The notes under the pieces were generated by a model. It had not been told where the DNA came from, did not search any database, and worked only from the letters and a program-made list of their open reading frames with translations. DNA of 64,000 bases from Rickettsiales bacterium (GTDB lineage: Bacteria > Pseudomonadota > Alphaproteobacteria > Rickettsiales > SXRF01): assembly GCA_033762715.1 (NCBI GenBank), contig JANRLL010000012.1, positions 27,113 through 91,112 on the forward strand. Direction: 5' to 3'. Positions 1-9,194 of the stretch are shown here, one piece after another; positions within the stretch are counted from its first letter, which is position 1; each line of letters opens with the position of its first letter. Made by a program: the position numbers and the translations under genes.

Positions 1-29
1 TCCAACATTACATTTCATAAAATACTCCA

Positions 30-386
30 TTAAGCAGGTTTGTGCAGTTCTGAAAATTGTTCATAGGCAAGCATTGCATCTGCCGCATACATCAGCGATG
101 GTCCACCGCCCATATAGACGGCCATGCCCAGCACTTCCTCGAATTCCTCGCGGGTAGCACCGAGCTTTACTAATGCTTCTGTATGGAAACCAATGCAGCC
201 ATCGCAGCGAGTGGAAACGCCAATCGCCATGGCGATAAATTCCTTGGTCTTTTTATCCAGCGCACCGTCCTTCGTGGCGGCTTGTGCCATGGCGGAAAAG
301 CCCTGCATGGTATCGGCAATATCCTTGCGTAATACCTTCATATTGCTGCTAATGCGCTTGGTGATGTCGGGGTATGATTTTGTCAT
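30..386 (-). CDS. Carboxymuconolactone decarboxylase / AhpD-like family protein
   Basis: Within ORF 30..494(-). The internal Met (MTKSYPDITKR, ATG at 386) gives about 118 aa. It has the CxxC motif RCDGCIGFH and a MGGGPSLMY tail typical of the AhpD/CMD core domain. Confidence 0.8.
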   Translation of the reverse strand: MTKSYPDITKRISSNMKVLRKDIADTMQGFSAMAQAATKDGALDKKTKEFIAMAIGVSTRCDGCIGFHTEALVKLGATREEFEEVLGMAVYMGGGPSLMYAADAMLAYEQFSELHKPA

Positions 387-417
387 AAATGCCTCTTGGG
401 GTTGATGAATGATTGCC

Positions 418-446
418 TTGACTATGTTAGCAACTACTAATACAAT
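418..446 (+). promoter_or_regulatory. Sigma70-like promoter (TTGACT-17 nt-TACAAT) for the ArsR-family gene, possibly giving a leaderless mRNA
   Basis: TTGACT lies at 418-423, followed by a 17-nt spacer and TACAAT at 441-446. The first ATG of the ORF is at 453, 7 nt after the -10 element. Confidence 0.4.
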
Positions 447-452
447 GTCAAT

Positions 453-773
453 ATGAAGAATGAAACAGACACTCTCGATATGAAACAAATGCAAAAGAAC
501 GCGGCGGCGGCAGAGCTACTGCTGAAGCAGCTGGCTAATGCCAACCGCCTGATGGTGCTTTGCCACCTTGTTTCGGGTGAAAAAACGGTGGGGGAACTTG
601 CTCAGTCCGTTGGATTATCGCAATCTGCACTTTCTCAGCACCTTGCGAAGCTGCGCGAGGCTGGCTTAGTTGCATCCGATAAGCGCGGGCTTTCGGTCTA
701 TTACCGGATTTGCAGTATGGAAGCGCAAGCGCTGCTTTCAGTGCTGCATCTCATCTATTGCCGTAAGGTGTAA
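453..773 (+). CDS. ArsR/SmtB-family transcriptional regulator (YgaV-like)
   Basis: 106 aa. The winged-helix signature LANANRLMVLCHL...VGELA...LSQSALSQHLAKLREAGLV is typical of the ArsR family. It is followed by a membrane rhodanese, as in ygaVP. The start could also be the Met at 480 or 486. Confidence 0.85.
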   Translation: MKNETDTLDMKQMQKNAAAAELLLKQLANANRLMVLCHLVSGEKTVGELAQSVGLSQSALSQHLAKLREAGLVASDKRGLSVYYRICSMEAQALLSVLHLIYCRKV

Positions 774-793
774 CAATTTTAGAGGATTCTAAC

Positions 794-1345
794 ATGGTGA
801 CACTCAAAACCATCGATGCAAAAACACTAAAGACGTGGCTAGATAATAACGAAGCCGTACTGGTGGATGTGCGTGAACCCGCAGAACACGCCGCCGAAAA
901 TATCAAAGGTGCAACGCTGCTACCTCTCGGAAATGTTAGCAAATCAGCGCTCCCGCCGTGCGCGGGTAAAAAGCTGGTGATCCACTGTCGCAAAGGTGGG
1001 CGCGGTGGTTCAGCTTGCCAAAAGCTGCTCGCTGAAGATCCAAGCCTCGATATTTACAACCTCGAAGGCGGCATCGAAGCGTGGAACGCCGCTGGGCATA
1101 CGGTTGCCTCATCTGGCAAAGCATTCCCGCCGTTGGATAGACAAGTGCAGATAACCATTGGCCTGCTGTTGATTGCAGGTAGCGTGCTGGGCACAATGTT
1201 CTCACCCGCATGGTTTTTGCTGACAGGGTTAATCGGCGCGGGCTTAACCGTTGCTGGCCTCACAGGGTTCTGCGGGCTTGCGCTAGTGATGGCAAAGATG
1301 CCGTGGAACCAAAGTGTAAAAACCAGCTGCTGTGCCGTGAAATAA
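794..1345 (+). CDS. Rhodanese-domain protein with C-terminal DUF2892-type membrane domain (YgaP-like)
   Basis: 183 aa. It has the rhodanese active-site loop HCRKGGRG and a C-terminal two-TM segment (ITIGLLLIAGSVLG...GLTVAGLTGFCGLA). It lies 20 nt downstream of the arsR-like gene. Confidence 0.8.
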   Translation: MVTLKTIDAKTLKTWLDNNEAVLVDVREPAEHAAENIKGATLLPLGNVSKSALPPCAGKKLVIHCRKGGRGGSACQKLLAEDPSLDIYNLEGGIEAWNAAGHTVASSGKAFPPLDRQVQITIGLLLIAGSVLGTMFSPAWFLLTGLIGAGLTVAGLTGFCGLALVMAKMPWNQSVKTSCCAVK

Positions 1346-1872
1346 TTCAACCCGTATTTCACGCATTACGCACCAACCGCGCACATGCGCGGAGTTATTT
1401 GATACGAACCACAAGTTTGGCATTCGAACAAAGTGTCCTACCAGCGGCTCTATGGGATACTCGGGCGCAAACAGCTACGAATTTTAACAATCGCGCACAA
1501 AAAAATGTGATGGAGAGCTTGTCGCGGTGTTTTGTAATCAGCTGTAATAAAGGGTGAAAAAGCGGCTTGAAAACTGCTGTGCTCGTAAGGGTACCGTGAG
1601 TTTGAAATCCGTTCGCTACGCGCCGCTAACCTTAAAATGCCAGAAGAAGCCTTATCAAGTACGTAGAACTTGGAAAAAGCCTGAAGTTTTCCAGGTGTTG
1701 CGAAGGCTCATCAACTGGTTAATCATTTCTTGTAATCCTGATGGAATATAAGTAACTTACGATAAAATTTTGGTGATTTTAGGCGTGGCTTAATTTTCTT
1801 GCAAAAGTTTTTCTCCGCCGAGGCTGTGCACCCGTGAGAAAATACATAAACCAAACATTGAATTCATAGTTT

Positions 1873-2553
1873 ATGCGCATACTGATTATGGAAGACGACC
1901 CGAAAGTGGCGGCCTATGTTCAAAAGGGATTGAAAGAGGCTGGGCACTCAGTTGATCACGCCGAAGACGGTGAAGAAGGACTTTTTATGGCCGGCTCCGA
2001 GCGCTATGATGTACTGGTGGTAGATCGTATGCTGCCTAAAATAGATGGGCTTAACGTCATTAAAACGTTGCGAGGTTCAGGCAACCTTGTCTCGGTGATG
2101 ATTTTAAGCTCACTGGGTGATGTAGATGACCGGGTGATGGGTCTGCGCTCCGGTAGTGATGATTATCTGGTAAAGCCCTTCGCATTTGCAGAGTTGCTAG
2201 CACGGGTAGAGGCGCTTGGTAAGCGTAGTATGTCAACGCCTTTCGCCCAAAGCACGGTTCTTTCGGCTGGCGATCTTGAGATGGATCTGTTGGCGCGAAA
2301 AGTCAAAATGTCAGGTAAAGTGGTGGAGTTACAAACAAGGGAGTTTCGGCTTCTGGAATATCTGCTTAAATTCAAAGGCCAGCTGGTGACGCGCACCATG
2401 CTGCTCGAATCGGTGTGGGATTATCATTTTGACCCACAAACAGGCGTGATTGACGTACATATCAGCCGACTGCGAAAGAAATTGGGCGATACGAATAATA
2501 AACTTATTAAAACGGTGCGCGGTGCAGGATACATCATCGAAGATAGCTATTAG
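1873..2553 (+). CDS. OmpR-family response regulator
   Basis: 226 aa. The REC domain shows MRILIMEDD...DVLVVDRMLP...YLVKPF. The C-terminal winged-helix region shows LTRTMLLESVWDYHFD...IDVHISRLRKKL. Confidence 0.9.
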   Translation: MRILIMEDDPKVAAYVQKGLKEAGHSVDHAEDGEEGLFMAGSERYDVLVVDRMLPKIDGLNVIKTLRGSGNLVSVMILSSLGDVDDRVMGLRSGSDDYLVKPFAFAELLARVEALGKRSMSTPFAQSTVLSAGDLEMDLLARKVKMSGKVVELQTREFRLLEYLLKFKGQLVTRTMLLESVWDYHFDPQTGVIDVHISRLRKKLGDTNNKLIKTVRGAGYIIEDSY

Positions 2554-2581
2554 GCGCTACTGGAAGAGCTCCAGTTTCAAA

Positions 2582-3574
2582 ATGGCATTGCTGTTTACGG
2601 TATTGCTTGGTGTATCGGCAGCCATCCTTGGTTATTTTCTTTATGATTTCGGCAAAAAAGAGGTGGTTGGTGAAAGCTATGCGCGTTTCCAGCAGCTCAG
2701 CATCCTCATCATGGTGCTCATGTCACTTGTGGTGCTGGTGAGTTTTGTGATTAGTAGTTTTGTGGTGAGTCGCATCAACACCATCGCTAGCACTGCCCGT
2801 GAAATCATGGATACGGGCGATTTATCGAGGCGCATTTCTATTGATACCAATTGGGATGATTTAAGTAATTTGGCACAAGTGCTGAATGGATTTCTCGCAC
2901 GTGTTGAATCGCTTATGGATGGCATTCGAGAGGTGAGTAACAACATCGCGCATGATTTGCGTACGCCGCTTACGCATCTTAGAAATCAAATTGAAGAGTT
3001 AAAAACTAAACCCGTAACCGATTCTGATATTGATGCGCTGCTGACTGAATCTGACCGGATTCTTGCTATTTTTCACTCATTGCTGCGTATTGCCAATATA
3101 GAGAAAACCAAGCGCCATCAGGCATTTGAAGACGTAAATCTTGCGACGCTATTGCAAGATGTGGCGGAGTTGTATGAACCGGTGGCGGAAGAAAAGAGCA
3201 TTCATCTTATGTTGCAGCAGCAAGATCGACAGATAATCAAGGGGGATCGGCATCTGTTGTTCCAACTTTTTGCTAATGTTTTTAGTAATGCCATCAAGTT
3301 TTCACCGGTGGGAGGCGAGGTTTCTGTAAGAATTGATGCGGATAAAAATGGTGTGGGTGTGCTTATTGATGATCGCGGACCCGGCATTAGCACGTCAGAA
3401 AAAGAAGCCGTATTTCGGCGTTTCTATCGTGGCGATGCAAGCCGCAGCACGGAAGGAAACGGTCTAGGCCTCAGTTTAGTAAAAGCCATTGTCGATTTAC
3501 ATCAAGGTAGCATCGTACTGGAAGATAACAATCCTGGCTTGCGCGTTCGGGTTACCCTACAATCTTACCAATAG
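2582..3574 (+). CDS. Sensor histidine kinase (HAMP-HisKA-HATPase)
   Basis: It has the H-box NIAHDLRTPLT, N-box FSNAIKFSP, G1 DDRGPGI and G2 GNGLGLS, plus an N-terminal TM segment. I chose the ATG at 2582. The ORF-track start at 2450 overlaps the regulator gene by about 100 nt. A non-ATG start near 2543-2549 (IRRYWKSSSFK) cannot be excluded. Confidence 0.85.
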   Translation: MALLFTVLLGVSAAILGYFLYDFGKKEVVGESYARFQQLSILIMVLMSLVVLVSFVISSFVVSRINTIASTAREIMDTGDLSRRISIDTNWDDLSNLAQVLNGFLARVESLMDGIREVSNNIAHDLRTPLTHLRNQIEELKTKPVTDSDIDALLTESDRILAIFHSLLRIANIEKTKRHQAFEDVNLATLLQDVAELYEPVAEEKSIHLMLQQQDRQIIKGDRHLLFQLFANVFSNAIKFSPVGGEVSVRIDADKNGVGVLIDDRGPGISTSEKEAVFRRFYRGDASRSTEGNGLGLSLVKAIVDLHQGSIVLEDNNPGLRVRVTLQSYQ

Positions 3575-3629
3575 TTTAACTTCAAGCAAATGTGCTGCAA
3601 GAATAGCTGGTGCATTGTAATGTACTGCT

Positions 3630-4904
3630 ATGACAAACAACCTTAAACAGAAAATCGCGATTATTGGCACCGGCATATCAGGCATGGGAGCAGCATCGCT
3701 GTTGCATCCCCATCATGAGATTACTGTCTATGAGAAAAATGGTACTGTCGGCGGCCACAGCCGAACGGTGCAAGCAAAAACTCCAGATGGCATAATTCCG
3801 GTGGACACCGGTTTTATTGTTTTCAATCACCGGAATTATCCACTGCTTACCAAGTTGTTTTCTCACCTGAATGTTCCAATTGCAAAAAGCGATATGTCGT
3901 TTAGTGCAAGCATTGAGGACGGTTGGTTGGAATATGGCACCAATCATCCGCTGAATGTTTTCACCCAGAAGCGCAATCTGCTGCGCCCTGCATTCTGGGG
4001 AATGATTCGGGATGTATTAAAGTTTAACAAGCGTGCAAAAAACTATCTGGATAAAGACCCCTCCATTACGCTTGGCAAGTGTCTGGATGAATTGGGTATG
4101 GGTGCGTGGTATCGTAACTATTTTCTGCTGCCGATGGGCGCATGTATCTGGAGTACGCCGCTAGAACAGATGCTTGAATACCCAGCCCATAGTTTTATTA
4201 GGTTCTTTGATAATCACGGCCTGCTCACCTTAAACGATCAACCGCAGTGGTGCACGGTCGTGGGCGGCAGCAGAGAATATGTAGAACGTCTGACTTTGCC
4301 ATTTAAGAGCCGTATTCGCCTGAATAGTGGAGTTACAACAGTAGAGCGCAATGATAATGGCGTAACAATTTTAGATACACACGGAAATAGAGAAATATTC
4401 GATCAGGTCATATTTGGCTGTCATGCCGATCAAACGCTCGCCATACTCAAAAATCCGACTGCCGATGAAGAGCGTGTTCTTGGCAGTTTTCGTTATCAAA
4501 ATAATCGCATGGTACTGCATAGCGATACGAGCTTTATGCCAAAACATAAAGGTGCGTGGGCAAGCTGGGTCTATTTATCTGAAAAACGCGAAGATAAAAA
4601 TTCTTGCGTGTCGCTCAGTTACTGGATGAATCGTCTGCAGCCGCTAGCAACCAATACCCCGATGATTGTGACGCTAAATCCCGGACGCGAACCCAGCAAT
4701 GAGCTGGTGCATGATGAGTATTGGTTTGAACACCCATTGTTTGATGAGGCTGCCATTCGCGCACAAGCCGACATAAAAAACATTCAAGGCAGAGACAGGC
4801 TATGGTTCTGCGGTGCCTATCAGCGCTATGGATTCCATGAGGATGGGCTGGGTAGTGCTGTTGCAATGGTCAGACAGATGGGTATTGAACCGCCATGGAT
4901 GTAA
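3630..4904 (+). CDS. FAD-dependent oxidoreductase, amine-oxidase-like (COG2907; UfaD-like fatty-acyl desaturase candidate)
   Basis: 424 aa. It has the Rossmann motif IAIIGTGISGMGAA...VYEKNGTVGGH. It sits first in the conserved triad COG2907-DUF1365-CFA synthase. Confidence 0.75.
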   Translation: MTNNLKQKIAIIGTGISGMGAASLLHPHHEITVYEKNGTVGGHSRTVQAKTPDGIIPVDTGFIVFNHRNYPLLTKLFSHLNVPIAKSDMSFSASIEDGWLEYGTNHPLNVFTQKRNLLRPAFWGMIRDVLKFNKRAKNYLDKDPSITLGKCLDELGMGAWYRNYFLLPMGACIWSTPLEQMLEYPAHSFIRFFDNHGLLTLNDQPQWCTVVGGSREYVERLTLPFKSRIRLNSGVTTVERNDNGVTILDTHGNREIFDQVIFGCHADQTLAILKNPTADEERVLGSFRYQNNRMVLHSDTSFMPKHKGAWASWVYLSEKREDKNSCVSLSYWMNRLQPLATNTPMIVTLNPGREPSNELVHDEYWFEHPLFDEAAIRAQADIKNIQGRDRLWFCGAYQRYGFHEDGLGSAVAMVRQMGIEPPWM

Positions 4905-5656
4905 CCCCGCAGATTTATACCGCCAAGGTAATGCATAAGCGCCTATTCCCCAAGGTGAACCAGTTTACTTACGGTGTATATTATGTGGCCTTGCCGCTCC
5001 CTGCCGCCGCGCTTCCAAGCCGTATGCTTAGCTTTCACAACAAAGATCATGGTGCGCGTGATGGCACAGATGTGAGCACATGGGCGAGAAGCATATTGAA
5101 AACTTACGGCCTTGATGCATTGGTAGAGAATATAACTCTCATCACCATGCCACGTGTGTTGTGCTATGTGTTTAACCCAGTCAGCTTTTTTATGTGTATG
5201 GATAAAGACACGCGCTTGCGTGCCGTGATTTGCGAGGTGCACAACACATTTGGTGAGCAGCATAGCTATCTCTGCGCCAGCGCTGATCGCGTCCCCATTT
5301 CACCCGATGAATGGCTGGAAGCCGACAAACTTTTTCATGTCTCACCTTTTTTACCAAGAAATGGTCACTATAAGTTCCGCTTTGCGCTTACCGAAAATCA
5401 ACTTGGCATCTGGATTGATTATTATGACGCACAGAGCAACAAACAGTTGATTACATCACTTACAGGAAAATTCACGCCGCTTAATGCTGCATCGTTGCGC
5501 TATGCGTTCTGGTCACATCCGCTGGTAACGCTTAAGGTTATTGCCCTTATTCACTGGCAGGCATTAAAGCTAACCAGCAAAGGTGTGCGATACATTGTTA
5601 AGCCATTACAATTGTTGGAGAGAATATCAACGACTCGCAACCTTACCAAACGGTAA
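4895..5656 (+). CDS. DUF1365 family protein (UfaO-like candidate)
   Basis: 253 aa. The N-terminus IYTAKVMHKRLFPKVNQFTYGVYY and the later motif FNPVSFF are typical of DUF1365. It overlaps the upstream gene by 10 nt. Confidence 0.7.
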   Translation: MDVTPQIYTAKVMHKRLFPKVNQFTYGVYYVALPLPAAALPSRMLSFHNKDHGARDGTDVSTWARSILKTYGLDALVENITLITMPRVLCYVFNPVSFFMCMDKDTRLRAVICEVHNTFGEQHSYLCASADRVPISPDEWLEADKLFHVSPFLPRNGHYKFRFALTENQLGIWIDYYDAQSNKQLITSLTGKFTPLNAASLRYAFWSHPLVTLKVIALIHWQALKLTSKGVRYIVKPLQLLERISTTRNLTKR

Positions 5657-5728
5657 GGGACTGGACAATCAATGGTTGGAAAATATGTTGTAAGCAGTAA
5701 TCATCAATAAATCTAAAACGGATCGCCT

Positions 5729-6886
5729 ATGCTTGAAAAAACTATCACACATAAATTCCTAAAAGCACTTGAACATATTGAATTTGGCTCGATGGATGTG
5801 ACCACGCCGGATGGAAAACTACATCAATTTAGCGGCAGAAAGCCCAGCACTCATGCGACACTCAAGCTGCATGATTGGCGAGCAATCCCCGTTTTTGCTA
5901 CAAAAGGCGATACAGGTTTTGCTGAAGCCTACCGCGATGGATGGTGGGATAGCGATGATTTAACCAACCTTTTTCTGATTGGCCTGCAAAACGAGTCAGC
6001 GCTCGACAAATATATTTACGGCAGCGTGATTGGTCGAATCGCAGCAAGGTTTTCCTATCTATTTACGCGAAATACGCTGGGTGGTAGCAAAAGAAATATC
6101 CACGCGCATTATGATCTTGGGAATGAATTTTATAAATTATGGCTCGATGAGAGCATGACCTATTCATCGGCATTATTTACCTCTGCCACTGAAGATTTGT
6201 TGCAAGCGCAGTATAATAAATATGATCGTATTATTGGTCGTTTAGGTGATTCAGGCAGGTTGCTTGAAATTGGCTGTGGCTGGGGTGGATTTGCTGAACG
6301 TGCTGTAAGCAAAAAAGATTATGAAATAAAGGGCCTTACAATCTCAAATGCGCAACATGAGTATGCAAAAAATCGTTTGGGTAACAATGCGCAAATTGCA
6401 CTTGAAGATTATCGCCTTCAGCAGGGAAAATATAACAATATCGTCTCCATTGAAATGTTTGAGGCGGTAGGCGAACGCTTCTGGCCTGTGTATTTTTGCA
6501 AGTTAAAGTCGTTGCTTGAGCAAAAAGGCAAGGCCGTTGTTCAGACCATTACCATTGGTAATGAATATTTTGAACGCTACCGCACAGGCGGAGATATGAT
6601 CCGCACCTATATTTTCCCCGGCGGCATGCTTCCGTCATCCCAGCGCTTTGCGGAAGAAAGTAAAAAAGCGGGACTGCAAATTACTGATACGCATATGTTT
6701 GGACAGGATTATGCACTCACTGCCCAGCATTGGCTTAAACGATTTGAAGCAAAACTGGGCGACATTAAAACTCTTGGGTTTGATGAGCCGTTCATTCGTC
6801 TGTGGCGATTTTACCTTACCTGTTGCATCGCCAGCTTCAAAGTGGGTCGGACAGATGTGATGCAGGTGGAGCTTGTCCATGCGTAA
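5729..6886 (+). CDS. Cyclopropane-fatty-acyl-phospholipid synthase family SAM-dependent methyltransferase
   Basis: 385 aa. It has HYDLGNEFYKLWLDESMTYSSALF and the SAM motif LLEIGCGWGGFA. The C-terminal WRFYLTCCIASFKVG is typical of the CFA/mycolic-acid methyltransferase family. Confidence 0.85.
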   Translation: MLEKTITHKFLKALEHIEFGSMDVTTPDGKLHQFSGRKPSTHATLKLHDWRAIPVFATKGDTGFAEAYRDGWWDSDDLTNLFLIGLQNESALDKYIYGSVIGRIAARFSYLFTRNTLGGSKRNIHAHYDLGNEFYKLWLDESMTYSSALFTSATEDLLQAQYNKYDRIIGRLGDSGRLLEIGCGWGGFAERAVSKKDYEIKGLTISNAQHEYAKNRLGNNAQIALEDYRLQQGKYNNIVSIEMFEAVGERFWPVYFCKLKSLLEQKGKAVVQTITIGNEYFERYRTGGDMIRTYIFPGGMLPSSQRFAEESKKAGLQITDTHMFGQDYALTAQHWLKRFEAKLGDIKTLGFDEPFIRLWRFYLTCCIASFKVGRTDVMQVELVHA

Positions 6887-7394
6887 ACTATTCACGCTTT
6901 TTGCACTATTCTTGCTTTCCGCTTCACCTGTGATAGCAAACGATGTTGCGCAGAAATATGTGCCAAATGCTGAGCAGGTAGGAACCGGAAGGCTTTCAGT
7001 TGTATTCTGGGATGTGTATGACGCCACACTCTATGCACCGAATGGACAATGGGATTCGCGTAAACCTTACGCATTATCCATCCGTTATTTCCGTGAAATT
7101 GAAGGCGCTGATATTGCGAAACGCTCTGTAGAAGAAATGCAGAAGCAGGGATTTTCAGATGCGGCTAAGCTGACTAAGTGGCAAACACAAATGCGCGACA
7201 TATTTCCCGATGTCAAAAATGGCTCCGAACTTACTGCAGTATTTACACATCAAAAATCAACCGATTTTTACTCTGATGGCAAGCATATAGGCAGCATCAA
7301 AGGCACTGAATTTGGCACACAGTTTTTCAATATCTGGCTGAGTGAAAAAACATCAGAACCTGAGCTGCGCAGGAAATTGCTGGGGCTTTCATGA
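6873..7394 (+). CDS. Chalcone-isomerase-like family protein (secreted)
   Basis: 173 aa with a signal peptide. The VYDATLYAP and C-terminal FFNIWLSEKTSEPELRRKLLG patterns resemble the chalcone-isomerase-like family that commonly accompanies CFA/DUF1365 clusters. Confidence 0.65.
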   Translation: MSMRKLFTLFALFLLSASPVIANDVAQKYVPNAEQVGTGRLSVVFWDVYDATLYAPNGQWDSRKPYALSIRYFREIEGADIAKRSVEEMQKQGFSDAAKLTKWQTQMRDIFPDVKNGSELTAVFTHQKSTDFYSDGKHIGSIKGTEFGTQFFNIWLSEKTSEPELRRKLLGLS

Positions 7395-8710
7395 ACCATG
7401 CCCTCACCCGCACCCAACTGATGCAATACGCATTTCTTGCGGTGCCCGTAGCATTTGCTGGATTTCCTTTATATGTGCTTGCTCCCGATTTTTACGCGAC
7501 ACATCATGGTGTGTCACTCTCGGTGCTAGGCATTGTGCTGCTTGGACTTCGTGCATTTGACGCGGTGCAAGATCCTTTTATCGGCGCTATGAGCGACCGT
7601 TTTTCTGTGCGTGCGCTGCCTATCATGCTTGGTTCTGCATTGCTGCTGGTCGCCAGCATTTACGCACTTTTCAATCCAGTCGGGCTAAGCCCCTCTTGGT
7701 GGTTTGCGGGCTGTATGCTGCTTGCAGTGACGGTATACAGTATTTTGAGTATCAATCTAAATACGCTGGGTGCATTGTGGACTAGCAATAGAAACGAACA
7801 AACACGTATTGCTGGCACGCGTGAGGCTTTCGGACTTTTTGGGCTTTTGCTCGCGGTAATCATGCCTGGTATTCTCGGAAAATACCTACCTGCTGAGAAG
7901 GTATTTATCTGGTTTAGCACCATTCTTGGCGTGCTGATGATCGTTGCATTACTCACCTTTAGCCGCTGGTTCGCGCATAAACCACAGGCGAATCGCACGC
8001 CACATAGTCAAAAAAAAATATGGGTAACACTGCGCTTGCTGCCTGCTGCCACACACCGATTATATATGGTGTATGGCCTTAGCGTACTGGCTTCTAGTAT
8101 CCCTGCTGTGTTGGTGGTTTTTTTTATTCGTGACCGCTTAAACGCGGAGAGCTACACAGGCATTTTTCTGCTGCTCTATTTCCTTTCTGGTGCACTTGCC
8201 ATGCCTATGTGGAAAAAGCTCAGTGCAAAATATGGGAAACACTGCGCATGGCTCATGTCCATTCTGCTTGCGGTCGCAAGTTTCGTGTGGGCGTTTTTTC
8301 TAGGGGCAGGTGATGTCTGGCAATATGCAATGATCTGCATTACATCCGGTATGGCGCTGGGGGGTGATCTTGCCTTGCCGCCATCCATACTTGCCGATCA
8401 CATCCATGAGCATGAGTCGGATTCTAGCGCTGCCACCCAATTTTCTATACTGGCGCTCCTCACCAAAGCAGGTCTTGCTATTGGTTCAGCCATTACACTA
8501 CCGCTATTGGATGCAGTAGGTTTTGTACCTGCTACACAAAATGCGGATACAGCACTAACCAGCCTAAGCACAGCTTACGCCCTGATACCCTGCCTCATTA
8601 AATTGAGTGCTGCATACTTGCTCTATCATTTTTTTATCACCTCACACAGGGAGAAAAATCATGAAACATCTTTGGAAACTCACCTTCATAGGAGTCGCCC
8701 TCATGCTTAG
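7391..8710 (+). CDS. MFS transporter (GPH/sugar-cation symporter-like)
   Basis: 439 aa, about 12 predicted TM segments, with a RAFDAVQDPFIGAMSDR motif. There is an ATGA overlap with the upstream gene. Confidence 0.8.
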   Translation: MNHALTRTQLMQYAFLAVPVAFAGFPLYVLAPDFYATHHGVSLSVLGIVLLGLRAFDAVQDPFIGAMSDRFSVRALPIMLGSALLLVASIYALFNPVGLSPSWWFAGCMLLAVTVYSILSINLNTLGALWTSNRNEQTRIAGTREAFGLFGLLLAVIMPGILGKYLPAEKVFIWFSTILGVLMIVALLTFSRWFAHKPQANRTPHSQKKIWVTLRLLPAATHRLYMVYGLSVLASSIPAVLVVFFIRDRLNAESYTGIFLLLYFLSGALAMPMWKKLSAKYGKHCAWLMSILLAVASFVWAFFLGAGDVWQYAMICITSGMALGGDLALPPSILADHIHEHESDSSAATQFSILALLTKAGLAIGSAITLPLLDAVGFVPATQNADTALTSLSTAYALIPCLIKLSAAYLLYHFFITSHREKNHETSLETHLHRSRPHA

Positions 8711-9194
8711 CAGTTGCTCCCATTCACTTGATTATTATGGCGACACAGCGCCGAAGGCGGACATCAAAGAATATTTCAATGGCCATATTAAAGGCTGGGG
8801 CGTGGTTCAGGATTGGCGTGGCCGTGTGGTGAACCGTTTCGATATTGATATGGTCGGAAAATGGGATGGCGACACTGGAACCTTGACTGAGCATTTTGTG
8901 TATTATGACGGCAAGAAACAAGAACGTGTCTGGACGATCAAAAAATTACCAGACGGAAAATATGTGGGCACTGCTGCCGATATTCTGGATAAAGCCGATG
9001 GAAAAATGAATGGTAGCGCGGTTCAATGGCGTTATACGATGGATTTGCCGGTGGGTGAAACCACTTACCGTATCAATTTTGATGACTGGATGTGGCAAAT
9101 GAATGATGGCGTGCTGATCAACCGTTCCTATCTCAAAAAATTTGGCATTACGGTCGCAGAACTCAGCCTGTTTATGCAGAAACAAAAACCATGA
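8661..9194 (+). CDS. DUF3833 family lipoprotein
   Basis: It has a lipobox (ALMLSSC) after MKHLWKLTFIGV and an AGGGAG RBS 6-11 nt upstream of the ATG at 8661. FNGHIKGWGVVQDWRGRVVNRF and INFDDWMW are typical of DUF3833. Confidence 0.7.
   Translation: MKHLWKLTFIGVALMLSSCSHSLDYYGDTAPKADIKEYFNGHIKGWGVVQDWRGRVVNRFDIDMVGKWDGDTGTLTEHFVYYDGKKQERVWTIKKLPDGKYVGTAADILDKADGKMNGSAVQWRYTMDLPVGETTYRINFDDWMWQMNDGVLINRSYLKKFGITVAELSLFMQKQKP

Noticed and set aside
1554-1751. A 65-aa GTG-start ORF in the long spacer.
   Set aside because: It has no RBS, an extremely basic K/R-rich composition, and no recognisable family. It is probably non-coding.
2450-2581. The N-terminal extension of the histidine kinase ORF, overlapping the response regulator gene by about 100 nt.
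   Set aside because: The extension is read through the regulator's 3' end in another frame and has no TM or kinase features. The ATG at 2582 precedes the first TM segment. A short non-ATG extension (IRRYWKSSSFK) remains possible.
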